The notes under the pieces were generated by a model. The model had not been told where the DNA came from and did no database searches. It saw nothing but the letters and a program-made list of their open reading frames with translations. The position numbers and the translations under genes were made by a program. DNA of 64,000 bases, taken from NCBI GenBank assembly GCA_965261085.1, contig OZ253442.1:4000001-4064000 (forward strand), read 5' to 3'. This DNA is from a bacterium. Its GTDB lineage: Bacteria > UBA8248. This document shows positions 1 to 10,162 of this stretch, piece after piece (the first letter of the stretch is position 1; each line of letters begins with the position of its first letter).

Positions 1-847
1 TAGCACCGTTAGACGAAAATCGAGTCCGAGACTGAAACTCTTCTAGCCACTCATGCTGCTCATCTCGGCTCATCGAATCAAAGAAATCCGCCGTCTCTTT
101 CGGCCGCCTTAACTCAGCAATGCTGTTAAGCACAAGCATCGAACTCTGCATCTGCTCGAAGGAAGCGCGGACCATCAGTACTGTTCGCTCCGGAAAGGTT
201 AAGTGCTCTTGCGCGACCTCCATTCCCTGGGCTTTAGCTAGCTCACAAAAAGCCGCAAGTACAGCTTGACGGTCCCGCCGAACCGGTAGCCACACTTCCC
301 ACCACAACGGACCTTCATCCACGGCTGGAAAAACTTCCGAAGTATCAGTCCATAGTGCTCGAAGGCTCGCTACCCGAATCTGTTGGATTGCATCTAAGAG
401 CCGTCTATTATCACGGGGACGTCCAATTCTATCCTGTTTCTTTGCCAAATAGTCGCGAATTAAGTTTTCAAAATGTTCGAGCTTTCCGTCAGGCACGAAC
501 ACAGTGGCTTGGATTCGATTATTCTCATGACGAACATTAAGAAGTTCAATGCCCCAATGTTCTCGGGCGAGACTCTCGAAAGCCAGTTCAATACCGGGGA
601 AACTCTCGAACTCGATCTGAAGCCCTAGCCCTTCCTCCAAGCCTGCGGCCTGCTGGGCATCTCGAGCGGAGTCCGCCTCCGCTCGAAGGTTTTCGAGTTG
701 CCGTCGCAACGCCCCACCGTGTTGCTCTCTGTTTCGTTCCCGCACATGCGACCGCCCACCGCTTTGTTGCGGAGAACGATAAATCTCCGTCTCAGTGACT
801 CCACTAAGGATGAAGTGTCGATTTTTCCCTTCGGTTCCGTTCGTCAT
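1..847 (-). CDS. S8 family serine protease, IetS-like (N-terminal part; runs off the window edge)
   Basis: Not in the ORF track. ATG at 847, 3 nt after the ATPase stop; frame open to the edge (MTNGTEGKNRHFIL...GIELLNVR...WWEVWLP...FPERTV...IAELRRPKETADFF), resembling N-termini of ATPase-associated S8 proteases. The catalytic triad lies outside the window. Confidence 0.75.
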   Translation of the reverse strand, partial: MTNGTEGKNRHFILSGVTETEIYRSPQQSGGRSHVRERNREQHGGALRRQLENLRAEADSARDAQQAAGLEEGLGLQIEFESFPGIELAFESLAREHWGIELLNVRHENNRIQATVFVPDGKLEHFENLIRDYLAKKQDRIGRPRDNRRLLDAIQQIRVASLRALWTDTSEVFPAVDEGPLWWEVWLPVRRDRQAVLAAFCELAKAQGMEVAQEHLTFPERTVLMVRASFEQMQSSMLVLNSIAELRRPKETADFFDSMSRDEQHEWLEEFQSRTRFSSNGA

Positions 848-850
848 TGA

Positions 851-1840
851 TTACGCTTTCTTCTTGCTTAACTTGTCGGCGATGCTCTTGCGCTCGGCGA
901 GCATGGCTTGGATGTCTTCTTCATAAACTCGTGCACGTTTACGGATTAATACATCTTTGAGAACCTCATTCGTAGCGCGCGTGATTTCTGCATAGTTCAA
1001 CCCAACGGCCGAGGTCGCGAGAGTTAGCCAGCGGGTCTTCTTGAGAGCGGTCCCCACGAGGCGCGTCTTCAGCAGTTCTGCAATTTGCAATTTGTCCGGC
1101 AGGTCATAATGCAGAACATCGTCGAAGCGGCGGAAAAGCGCCGAGTCGAGGATATCGGGGTGGTTGGTCGCCGCCATGACAAGGCTGTGAGAGTGGTCTT
1201 GCTCGATCATCTGCAGAAAGCTGTTCAGCACCCGGCGGATCTCACCCACATCGTTGGCGAGTCCACGCTGCGATCCGATTGCGTCGAATTCATCGAAGAA
1301 ATAGACGCCCCGGGTCTGGTTGGTAGCATCGAAGACCTGCCTCAGCTTGGCCGCGGTCTCTCCCATATATTTTGTGATGAGCCCATCTAGCCGGACTTGC
1401 AGAAGAGGAAGGCCTAACTCCCCGGCGAGGACTGAGGCTGTCAATGTCTTGCCTGTACCAGGCGGACCTACTAACAGTAGTTTGCGCCTTGGGGAGAGTC
1501 CATGTTCGAGTATTTCACTGGCGTGACGTTGCTCGCGGATGACACGCTTGATTTGATCCGCTAGATCCTTTTCGAGGATCATTTCTCCCAGTCGGGTCTT
1601 CGGATAGGAAACTTCCAAGAGATTCGTCAACTCGCCGCGCGGGCGACTAATCGGTACCGGCGGTCTCGCGCCTTGCTGGCTTTTCGCAGCATCGATCATG
1701 GCGCGCAATTCCTTGGCAAGATTGCCATGGCCTAGCCTCGCTTCATGAGCGGCAACTTGCATGGCGACCGAGAAAAACCGGTCGTCGTCCCCTTCAAGAT
1801 GCGATCTCAGCAATGCCTTGAGATGCTCAGCACTAGCCAT
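851..1840 (-). CDS. AAA+ ATPase, IetA-like
   Basis: Walker A GPPGTGKT, Walker B FFDEFD, AATNHP sensor and LFRRFD arginine finger; directly upstream of the S8-like ORF. Confidence 0.9.
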   Translation of the reverse strand: MASAEHLKALLRSHLEGDDDRFFSVAMQVAAHEARLGHGNLAKELRAMIDAAKSQQGARPPVPISRPRGELTNLLEVSYPKTRLGEMILEKDLADQIKRVIREQRHASEILEHGLSPRRKLLLVGPPGTGKTLTASVLAGELGLPLLQVRLDGLITKYMGETAAKLRQVFDATNQTRGVYFFDEFDAIGSQRGLANDVGEIRRVLNSFLQMIEQDHSHSLVMAATNHPDILDSALFRRFDDVLHYDLPDKLQIAELLKTRLVGTALKKTRWLTLATSAVGLNYAEITRATNEVLKDVLIRKRARVYEEDIQAMLAERKSIADKLSKKKA

Positions 1841-2139
1841 GAGATAACTCCCGCCAGTATGTGAAACACTTCATACGCGGAACATGTCCATCACTTTTTC
1901 CCCAAGCGGCGGTGTCAGTCTCTACCCAACCATGAGACAACGGATTATTATTTCCTTTCTCCTCATAGGGGCCAAAATAGGGAGGCGTTAAAAGTAAGTC
2001 AAGGCGGAATTAGTCTTCTATCCTACACGATGACCCAAAAAGCAAGCAAAAACCTCGAAACGATGTATAATCCCTCCACCGCACCGGCCGCCTGGTGCCC
2101 TTCATCTTTTTTCATTATCTCAAACCAGGAGGAATACCG

Positions 2140-3027
2140 ATGGAACGCATACAGGTGAGTGATTTCGACCAGGAATTGTTGAATCTGTTCGATGAGTACG
2201 TGCACGGGATCATCGAGCGCAGGGAGTTTCTCGACAAAGCGGCCAAGTTCGCCGTGGGGGGACTCACCGCCGCCGCTCTTCTCGACTTGCTCTCGCCCGA
2301 TTACGCCCTGGCGAAACAAGTCGAGGAAAACGACTCGCGCATCAAGGGGGAGACGATTGAGTACGCCTCACCCAAGGGGCACGGAAAAATCAAGGGCTAT
2401 CTCGTTCGCCCCGCGGGCGGGGGCAAGCGCGGCGGCGTGGTCGTCGTGCACGAGAACAGGGGATTCAATCCCTATATCGCGGACGTGGCCCGCCGCGTGG
2501 CCGTGGCCGGCTTCACCGCTCTTGCGCCAGACGGCCTCACCCCACTGGGCGGATACCCCGGAAACGACCCCGACGGAAAGGTCATGCAGCGTAAACTCGA
2601 CAAGGCGAAACTGCTGCAGGATTTCTTCGCCGCCTTCGATCACTTAAAAGCCGACGCGAACGCGAACGGCAAAATTGGCGTGGTGGGCTTTTGCTACGGA
2701 GGCGGCGTCTCGAACGCCATGGCCGTCCACAAGGCGGACTTGGCCGCGTCTGTTCCCTTCTACGGCCGCCAGCCCAAGACCGAAGCGGAGGTCGCAAAAA
2801 TCAAGGCGCCCTTACTGATCCACTTGGGCGAGTTGGATAAGCGAGTCAACAAGGGCTGGCCCGCCTATGAGGCCGCGCTCAAGAAACACGGCAAGGAATA
2901 CACCGCGCATTTTTATCCCAAGGCCAACCACGGCTTTCACAACGACACCACGCCGCGCTACGACAAAGCCGCCGCCGAACTCGCCTGGAAGCGCACGATT
3001 AGCTTTTTCCGGGCGAAGCTTGGGTAG
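2140..3027 (+). CDS. Dienelactone hydrolase family protein (YghX-like)
   Basis: GFCYGG nucleophile motif, HENRG, HGFHND; AGGAGG RBS before ATG 2140. Confidence 0.9.
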   Translation: MERIQVSDFDQELLNLFDEYVHGIIERREFLDKAAKFAVGGLTAAALLDLLSPDYALAKQVEENDSRIKGETIEYASPKGHGKIKGYLVRPAGGGKRGGVVVVHENRGFNPYIADVARRVAVAGFTALAPDGLTPLGGYPGNDPDGKVMQRKLDKAKLLQDFFAAFDHLKADANANGKIGVVGFCYGGGVSNAMAVHKADLAASVPFYGRQPKTEAEVAKIKAPLLIHLGELDKRVNKGWPAYEAALKKHGKEYTAHFYPKANHGFHNDTTPRYDKAAAELAWKRTISFFRAKLG

Positions 3028-3064
3028 ACCGATTCCAATTGAGGAAGACGGCCTTCCCCGAGAG

Positions 3065-3128
3065 GGGGAGGTTGTTCTTCGTCTTAAGGGAGTGTGCGCG
3101 AACCCCAAGACGAAGACGCAACTTCCCC
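3065..3128. repeat. Long imperfect inverted repeat (hairpin)
   Basis: GGGGAGGTTG-TTCTTCGTCTT ... AAGACGAAGA-CG-CAACTTCCCC can pair over about 20 bp. Confidence 0.6.
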
Positions 3129-3230
3129 GCACCCCCCTTCTCTGCCATAATGTGTGCGCCATGAGGACCCCTGTTCGGTCGAGCAGTTTCTCGACCCCTC
3201 GTATTCACAGAGACAGGGACTCCCGACCTC

Positions 3231-3986
3231 ATGCTCGCCCTGCCGGGAAAATTCATCGACTTCAATAAATACCTCTCCAAGCGTTTCGATGCGGTGCTGC
3301 CCGAGAAATTCCGGGTGGATGGGCACACCCATTTCCGAAAAGAATTCGCGCCGCCCCACATCCCCGAAGGCGCACTGGTCTACGAAGTGGGCGGGGGGAA
3401 ACATCCCCTCCACTCCAGGGAGGAGAAGACGCGGCGGGGCCTTCGCATCATCGGCCTCGACATCGACCACGGAGAACTAATCTGCGCGTCATGCGGGGCG
3501 TATGATGAGACCATCCGCGCCGACATCACCGAATACCGGGGACGCGCAGACGCCGACGCGGTGATTTGCCGGGCAATGCTCGAGCACGTCATCGACACCC
3601 CGGCTGCCTTCGCGGGTCTGGCGAGCATACTGAAGAAAGGAGGCGTCGCCCTCCTCTTCACGCCATCGAGAAACGCCCTCTACGCACGGGTGAACCTCCT
3701 CATCCCCGAGAGACTCAAGCGGAATCTACTGAGGTTCTTCTATCCCGAACTCGCGGAGAAGTCCGGTTTTCCGGGACGTTACTATCGCTGCACATTGCCC
3801 GAATTCGAAGAAATGGCGCACGGGCAAGGCTTATCCGTCATTCAGAAAAAGGCCTATTATTACAGTAAGTATTTCAGCTTCTTTGCGCCTCTGCACGTTC
3901 TCTGGCGGGCGTGGCTTTGGATCTTCTTTCTCCTGGCGCGCGAGCGGGCGGCGGAGACCTTCAGCCTCGCACTGCGCAAAAAATAA
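3231..3986 (+). CDS. Class I SAM-dependent methyltransferase (glycan-locus associated)
   Basis: YEVGGG motif I, GLDID, MLEHV, LKKGG motifs. Confidence 0.85.
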   Translation: MLALPGKFIDFNKYLSKRFDAVLPEKFRVDGHTHFRKEFAPPHIPEGALVYEVGGGKHPLHSREEKTRRGLRIIGLDIDHGELICASCGAYDETIRADITEYRGRADADAVICRAMLEHVIDTPAAFAGLASILKKGGVALLFTPSRNALYARVNLLIPERLKRNLLRFFYPELAEKSGFPGRYYRCTLPEFEEMAHGQGLSVIQKKAYYYSKYFSFFAPLHVLWRAWLWIFFLLARERAAETFSLALRKK

Positions 3987-4039
3987 GGCTGGGAACCAGG
4001 GCGCGCTTCGATTCATCGGCTTTCGGTTGAGTAGACATC

Positions 4040-5986
4040 ATGTGCGGCGTTGCGGGTTTTCTCTTCACGCATCAGGAGACGGACGACCCCCGAGACATCG
4101 TTTTGAGGATGGCGGAGAGCCTGCGCCACCGGGGGCCCGACGATGGAGGTAGCTGGGTAGACGAGACGGCGGGCGTTGCTCTGGGGCACCGTAGGCTCTC
4201 CGTCATCGACCTGAGCGCGGATGGCCGACAACCGATGATTTCGCACGGGGGGCGATACGTCCTCTCCTACAACGGTGAAATCTATAATTTTCTGGAACTG
4301 CGCGATGAATTGACGCGCGAGGGGGTGCGCTTCAAGGGAGGTTCGGACACCGAGGTCCTCCTCGCCGCAGTGGAAACGTGGGGGCTGGAGACGGTGATAG
4401 AGCGATTCGTCGGCATGTTCGCCTTCGCACTGTGGGATCGCGCAGAAAAAACGCTGCACCTCGCGCGCGACCGGATGGGCGAAAAACCTCTGTATTACGG
4501 CTGGTGCGGAAAATCTTTTCTTTTCGGCTCGGAACTCAAATCCCTCCGCGCGCACCCCGATTGGAAAGGCGAGATTTCCACCGACGCGCTGGCCCTTTAC
4601 ATGAAACTCGGCTGCGTGCCCGGCCCGTACTCCATCTACCGGGGAATCCATAAGCTGCCGCCCGCCTCCATCTTGAGCCTCAGCACTTCGGCTCCGCCCG
4701 GGCATCTACCCGAACCGCGCACGTATTGGCGCGCGGAAGACACCGTGAAGCGCGCATCCGTAGACAGACGGGCGCTCTCCGATGATGAGGCGCTCGACCA
4801 ACTAGAAGAGGTGCTCAAGCGCTCCGTGCGCCAGATGCTGCGCTCGGATGCGCCGCTCGGCGCGTTTCTCTCGGGCGGGGTCGATTCCTCGACCGTGGCT
4901 GCCCTGATGAAGGCGGAGAGCGGCGCTCCCATCCGGACGTTTTCCATCGGATTTCATGAGAAAGGCTACGATGAAGCCCACCATGCGCGCGAGATGGCCC
5001 GCCACCTCCAAACGGATCACACCGAACTCTACGCAGGCCCGAGAGAAGCGCTCGAAGTCATCCCGCGCCTGCCCCGGCTCTATGACGAACCGTTTGCGGA
5101 TCCTTCCCAGATTCCCACATTCTTGCTATGCGCCCTGACGCGCGAATTCGTGACGGTCGCCCTCTCGGGCGATGGGGGCGATGAGCTTTTCGGCGGCTAT
5201 AACCGCTATTTCTGGGCGCCCAGGGTCTGGAAGTGGAACAATCGGCTGCCGGAGGGAGTGAAAGCGCGAATCGCGAACGGATTGGTGACGCGGCATCCCG
5301 CACTGGCGCGATATTATAAAAAAATATCTCCTCTGCTGCCGAGGCGCTGTCGAGTCGAGATGGCCGGAGAGAAGCTCCTTAAACTGGCGAATCTCTTTGG
5401 CGCAGCGAATCTGGATGAGATGTATGAGCGCCTGAGAGCGCACGGGAACACTTCGGTTTGCCTGAGTGGGCATCGGGATAAGGAGGGTGCATTCACCTCA
5501 GAAACCGTCCCGCGCGGTCTTCATCCCGCCGAGAGGATGATGTACCGTGACATGGTGGAATATCTGCCCGATGATATTCTGGTGAAAGCGGACAGGGCGA
5601 GCATGGGAGCGAGCCTCGAATTGAGAGCGCCCTACCTGGATCACCGGGTCGTAGAGTTCGTCTGGAGTCTCCCGCTGCGGCTGAAGCTGCGGGGAGGCGA
5701 AGGAAAATGGATTTTAAGGCGCTTGTTGTCCCGCTACGCTCCCGCCTCGCTGATTCAAAGGCCTAAAATGGGGTTCGCCGTCCCTATCGGCGAATGGCTG
5801 AGAGGCCCTCTTGAGAACTGGGCGGAAGATTTGTTAAGAGAATCGCGCCTTAAGGGAGAGGACTTTTTTCACGCAAAAACCATTCGCAAAATGTGGGAGC
5901 AGCACGCATCCGGTGACAAGGATTGGCAATTCCGCCTTTGGAACGTGTTGATGTTTCAGGCCTGGCTGGAAGAGCAAGGGCGATGA
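4040..5986 (+). CDS. asnB: Asparagine synthase (glutamine-hydrolysing) family amidotransferase
   Basis: N-terminal MCGVAG Ntn cysteine, HRGPD, LSGGVDSS, SGDGGDELFGGY. Confidence 0.92.
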   Translation: MCGVAGFLFTHQETDDPRDIVLRMAESLRHRGPDDGGSWVDETAGVALGHRRLSVIDLSADGRQPMISHGGRYVLSYNGEIYNFLELRDELTREGVRFKGGSDTEVLLAAVETWGLETVIERFVGMFAFALWDRAEKTLHLARDRMGEKPLYYGWCGKSFLFGSELKSLRAHPDWKGEISTDALALYMKLGCVPGPYSIYRGIHKLPPASILSLSTSAPPGHLPEPRTYWRAEDTVKRASVDRRALSDDEALDQLEEVLKRSVRQMLRSDAPLGAFLSGGVDSSTVAALMKAESGAPIRTFSIGFHEKGYDEAHHAREMARHLQTDHTELYAGPREALEVIPRLPRLYDEPFADPSQIPTFLLCALTREFVTVALSGDGGDELFGGYNRYFWAPRVWKWNNRLPEGVKARIANGLVTRHPALARYYKKISPLLPRRCRVEMAGEKLLKLANLFGAANLDEMYERLRAHGNTSVCLSGHRDKEGAFTSETVPRGLHPAERMMYRDMVEYLPDDILVKADRASMGASLELRAPYLDHRVVEFVWSLPLRLKLRGGEGKWILRRLLSRYAPASLIQRPKMGFAVPIGEWLRGPLENWAEDLLRESRLKGEDFFHAKTIRKMWEQHASGDKDWQFRLWNVLMFQAWLEEQGR

Positions 5987-5987
5987 G

Positions 5988-7160
5988 ATGAGCAAGACGC
6001 TGTTTTTGCTGGATCTGGAAGACAGATACTTCTTGAGCCACAGGCGCGCGCTCGCGCTGGCGGCCAAGGATGCGGGATATCGCGTCGTCATATGCGTGAG
6101 AATAGGCGGGAAATACATGGAGCGGATTCGCGAAGAGGGATTCGAGTGTTTCGCTTTGGGGAGTGAAAACAAAGAGGGCCTCTCTTTACGGAGGGAATTT
6201 GTCGCCCTATTCAAGCTTGTTCGCGCCTACCGGAAGTATCGGCCCCGAATCGCCCACCATTTCGGAGTCAGGAATCTTCTTCACGGTTCGCTCGCCGCGC
6301 GCCTCACCAAAACGCCCTTCGTCGTTAACTCATTTCTGGGACTGGGTTCGTTGTTTTCCGAAGATTCTCTGAAACTGCATGTATTGAGAAGAATCGTTTT
6401 GGTTCTGCTCAAGTATTTTCACCGGGCGAAAAACACCCGCGTGATCGTGCAGAACGACGACGATAAAGAGATGATTCTGAAAAACGTGCTTCCCGATGAA
6501 TCCCGCCTGAGCGTCATCCGAGGCTCCGGCGTCGACGTTCACTCATTTCATCCCGCACCGGAGCCTGCGGGCGCGCCCCTGGCGGTACTCGCCTCCCGGA
6601 TGCTGGCGGAAAAAGGGGTGCATGAATTCGTGGAAGCGGCGGCCCTGCTGAAAAAAGAGGGCATGAAAATTCGCATGGCGCTGGTGGGAAGCCCGGACCC
6701 AAAGAACCTATCTTCCATTCCCGAATCGACGCTTTCTGAATGGAACCGCAGGGCCCAAATCGAATGGTGGGGCTACAGAGAGGAGATGGCTGAGGTTTGG
6801 AGAGGCTGCCACATCGCCGTTTTGCCGACGTATTACAAAGAGGGACTTCCGAGAAGCCTGCTGGAGGCGGCGGCTTGCGCCCGCCCGCTGGTGGCCACCG
6901 ACGTTCCGGGATGCCGGGATATCGTGAAAGACGGCGTGAACGGACTCCACGTCGCACCCCGTGACGCCAAGAACTTGGCCGACGCCATCGGCAAGCTGGC
7001 CCGGGACGCTGCACTCCGGCAAAGAATGGGCGAGGCGGGACGGAGAATCGTGGAAAAAGAGTTTTCCGATGAAATCGTGTCAGAAGCAATTCTGAAACTC
7101 TATGAGCGCATTAGCGCGGCTGAAAAAGAATCGGGAAGAAGTAAAGAGAGTTTCGGGTAG
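5988..7160 (+). CDS. GT4 family glycosyltransferase
   Basis: GSGVD, RMLAEKG, EGLPRSLLEAAA, TDVPGCR motifs. Confidence 0.92.
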   Translation: MSKTLFLLDLEDRYFLSHRRALALAAKDAGYRVVICVRIGGKYMERIREEGFECFALGSENKEGLSLRREFVALFKLVRAYRKYRPRIAHHFGVRNLLHGSLAARLTKTPFVVNSFLGLGSLFSEDSLKLHVLRRIVLVLLKYFHRAKNTRVIVQNDDDKEMILKNVLPDESRLSVIRGSGVDVHSFHPAPEPAGAPLAVLASRMLAEKGVHEFVEAAALLKKEGMKIRMALVGSPDPKNLSSIPESTLSEWNRRAQIEWWGYREEMAEVWRGCHIAVLPTYYKEGLPRSLLEAAACARPLVATDVPGCRDIVKDGVNGLHVAPRDAKNLADAIGKLARDAALRQRMGEAGRRIVEKEFSDEIVSEAILKLYERISAAEKESGRSKESFG

Positions 7161-7205
7161 CCTGACGGATGGAGGAGGAAGCCTCTCGCCAGGTGAGATG
7201 ACGGC

Positions 7206-7889
7206 CTAGGCGCCAGTGCCCCGCAGGCGCAAAAAAGCGAGCGCCGTCAGGAAAATCACCCGCAGGTCCAACCAGAGCGAGTAATTCAGAATGTAGTATA
7301 AATCGTGCTCCAGTTTGATTCTGTAATCTTCAATCTGATCGACGTGGCCCTGCCGAATCTGCGCCCACCCCGTGATTCCCGCCAGAACGAGTTCGCGATA
7401 TTCGAATTCAGGATAATGTTCTTTGGCTATTTCCAGCGTCTTGATGTATTCCGCCCTCGGACCGACGATGCTCATATCCCCCTTGATGACGTTCCAGAGT
7501 TGGGGAAATTCATCGAAATGATACCGGCGCAGGAAACGCCCGAATGGATAGATTCTCGGGTCGTTTTCTTTCGTCGACATGGTTCCCTGCGGCTGATCGG
7601 CATTCACGCGCATGGTCCGGAATTTATAGAGCGTGAAGAATCTCCCGCCCTGAGTGACTCGGAGTTGAGAAAAAAATATCGGTCCCTCGCTCACGAGCTT
7701 GATCAGGATGGCGATGAGGAGTCCGAAAGGAGCGAACAAGATCAAAACAGTGATGCTGAACCCCAAATCAAACACGCGCTTGCATAGATACTGGCGCCGG
7801 CTCAAGACCCGCTTGCTCTTCAGGGCGGATAATATCCCGGTACCGGAGATGGACTCCAAAGGAACGCGGTCCTCCATGAGAGAACTCAA
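7206..7889 (-). CDS. Bacterial sugar transferase (polyprenyl-phosphate phosphoglycosyltransferase, small form)
   Basis: KRVFD, YKFRTM, DEFPQLWNV, GDMSIVGPR, GITGWAQ. Confidence 0.92.
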   Translation of the reverse strand: MSSLMEDRVPLESISGTGILSALKSKRVLSRRQYLCKRVFDLGFSITVLILFAPFGLLIAILIKLVSEGPIFFSQLRVTQGGRFFTLYKFRTMRVNADQPQGTMSTKENDPRIYPFGRFLRRYHFDEFPQLWNVIKGDMSIVGPRAEYIKTLEIAKEHYPEFEYRELVLAGITGWAQIRQGHVDQIEDYRIKLEHDLYYILNYSLWLDLRVIFLTALAFLRLRGTGA

Positions 7890-8347
7890 GCCATTTCATG
7901 AGCGCAGGGAGCTTGATGCGCCGAATGTGCGCCCAAACCAGAAGCGATTGCGCATTCGCGCTTTACACTCAGACAGATTTCCCTTATATTCGTGCATAAA
8001 GCGAAAGTAATACGAAATTCCTGTTGATCCACTAAAGCAGACACCATTTTCCACCATAAGGTCAGAAAATACGACATGACTTTACGCAAAGCAAAACTGA
8101 TGAGAATGAGGAAAGAATCTTGGTGCAAAACGAATAGCCTGTTGTTTTTAGCGGGCTGCAGGGAAGGTGATGAGACGTGTATTTTCCTTCTATCAGAGAA
8201 GGCATTAGTCCGCAGACTTGGTTTTCAGATGAGAGCAGTGATGACAAAAACCCATGAAACGTCGAACTCCTCCCGAATAGTGGCGCAAAAAAGTGAGTTT
8301 GAGTCCTCGAGCCTTACACGGGCTGGTCGGCACACAATCCACTTCCG

Positions 8348-8602
8348 GTGAAAGTGGTTTCACGCCTATTCCGACTTTTTGGAGCCGTCTTTGTATTCAG
8401 CGAGCAGCCCGTGAATCTACGCGCATGAATTGTATGCCAGTCAATATATTCTAATGAAAAATTGGAGTTGTCAACCCATAAACGAAGCAAAAATAATTTG
8501 GGGAGCATACGCGCTTTTCTCAATAATGGAGTTGTCAAGTTTTCGGTCCTTTTCGGGGAGGTTTCTGCTCACGCGCAGCTTCTTTTTGTGAAACCACCTC
8601 AC
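8348..8602. promoter_or_regulatory. Divergent promoter region with repeated candidate operator motifs
   Basis: TGGAGTTGTCAA direct repeat at 8463-8474 and 8527-8538 (each contains TTGACA on the minus strand); palindrome GTGAAAGTGGTTTCAC at 8348-8363 and a related inverted copy at 8588-8602. Confidence 0.45.
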
Positions 8603-8638
8603 TATGGGGACGCATGACACGCCAATTCACGCCGCCGG

Positions 8639-10162
8639 TTGACACCTCATTTTCCGGACCCTCGTTTGCTTGGAGGCCATTTTTCCGTGATGGATCCTTC
8701 CTTCCTGGCTTATGGCGCCATGGCTATCGGCGCTGCCGCGATCATCTTCACGAGCCTATACAACCTCGGAGCCGCAGGCGCGCTGTTCTTGTTCCTGAAC
8801 CCACTCGTGAACATCGAGGTCGCTTTCGGCAATACGGGAAGAAGCATCTCATACGACAAAATAGCAATCTTTGCCCTTGCCTCGGGGTTCGCGTGGCATA
8901 TTCTGAGAAACAGAAAACACGTCCGTATCACGAGGAAACCGATTTTCTGCTACATCTGGATCGTCTATATCGCCTGGAGTCTCGTTGCGGCATGGCTGAG
9001 CGGCGCTCCTGGAAAACAACAATTCTGGGGTCTCGCCGAAACGATCGCCTATTTCATCATCTTCCTGGTTTTTCTTTATATTTGCGCGGACGAAACCTCG
9101 CGCAACCGGATACTGAAAGCCATCCTCTACGGCGGCATCATCATGCTTGCGACGGTCTTGTGCCAAAATCTGGCCTATCAAATCACCTGGAAAATCTGGG
9201 GGCCGCACAACAGCTTCCGCACCGATTTGTTGTACTCGCCATTTCCCCGGATGTTCTTTCACTCGCGGCCCGGCCCGATCGGACATCCGAATTTTCTCGC
9301 CGCCTATCTGGTTCTATGGGGCACGCTTTACCCTTTGCTTTTCCGCACATTCTCCCGTCTAGCGGGGTTCACCATCTTCGCCGCACACCTCATCGTATTG
9401 GCGTCGATGCGCAGCTATGGAGGAGCTTTGGGCTTCGCCATCTGCTGTTCGGTGGTTTTGTATTTCACAAAGCCATGCCCCACGAACATGGTTTCCAGCC
9501 GCGTTTCCCATTCCAGAGCCCGGCTCCTTCGGCATGTCCTGGCCGCTATTCTCATTCTGTCAGTAGGGACCATTGCCGCCAATGACGGAGATTTCATGGA
9601 CCTGTCGCTGCTCCCTAGAATTTATATTCATCGCGTCGGTGGAAAAATGCTCGCAGAGCGACCTCTGGCGGGCTATGGAAATGGCCTTTTCCCCCAGGCA
9701 TTTCAAAAAAAGGAGAGCGTGTATATAAAAAGCGAAGGACTGAAAGCGCCACCATGGCGAATTAAGGGTTCCGATTCCGCGAGAGCCGACAAGGGCCGGG
9801 GAAAGGCGCATTCCAGCGAAAGACATGAAAATCTCCCGACGCTTTCGGCCCATTCCTCTTATCTCAAAGCCTTCGTCGAATCAGGCTTTCCGGGAGGTTT
9901 TCTTTTTCTTTGCCTGGTTGCGGGAGCACTCATAGAGGTATTTCTTCATTTGAGGAAAACAGGGCGACTTTCGATACGCTCGCCGGAAGCCTGGGGGTGG
10001 GCCGCCTGCATCGGTGTATGTTTTCAGGCCGGAGCCGAGAATATCTTTTCGTCCCCTAAAATTTTCGTTCTCTACTGGGCCATCACGGCGTATTGCCTGA
10101 CGGCAAAATCCACACGAACGAAAAGCCCCTTAGACGACCTTCGCCAGAACTTCACGATATAG
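8639..10162 (+). CDS. O-antigen ligase/Wzy-like polytopic membrane protein
   Basis: Many TM segments, GHPNFLA, RPLAGYGNG, AHSSYLK..ESG motifs; the start may be ATG 8690. Confidence 0.8.
   Translation: MTPHFPDPRLLGGHFSVMDPSFLAYGAMAIGAAAIIFTSLYNLGAAGALFLFLNPLVNIEVAFGNTGRSISYDKIAIFALASGFAWHILRNRKHVRITRKPIFCYIWIVYIAWSLVAAWLSGAPGKQQFWGLAETIAYFIIFLVFLYICADETSRNRILKAILYGGIIMLATVLCQNLAYQITWKIWGPHNSFRTDLLYSPFPRMFFHSRPGPIGHPNFLAAYLVLWGTLYPLLFRTFSRLAGFTIFAAHLIVLASMRSYGGALGFAICCSVVLYFTKPCPTNMVSSRVSHSRARLLRHVLAAILILSVGTIAANDGDFMDLSLLPRIYIHRVGGKMLAERPLAGYGNGLFPQAFQKKESVYIKSEGLKAPPWRIKGSDSARADKGRGKAHSSERHENLPTLSAHSSYLKAFVESGFPGGFLFLCLVAGALIEVFLHLRKTGRLSIRSPEAWGWAACIGVCFQAGAENIFSSPKIFVLYWAITAYCLTAKSTRTKSPLDDLRQNFTI

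Noticed and set aside
355-540. 61-aa plus-strand ORF
   Set aside because: Antisense to the S8-like ORF.
8614-9585. 323-aa same-strand alternative-frame ORF
   Set aside because: Overlaps the ligase-like CDS; its composition is not protein-like.
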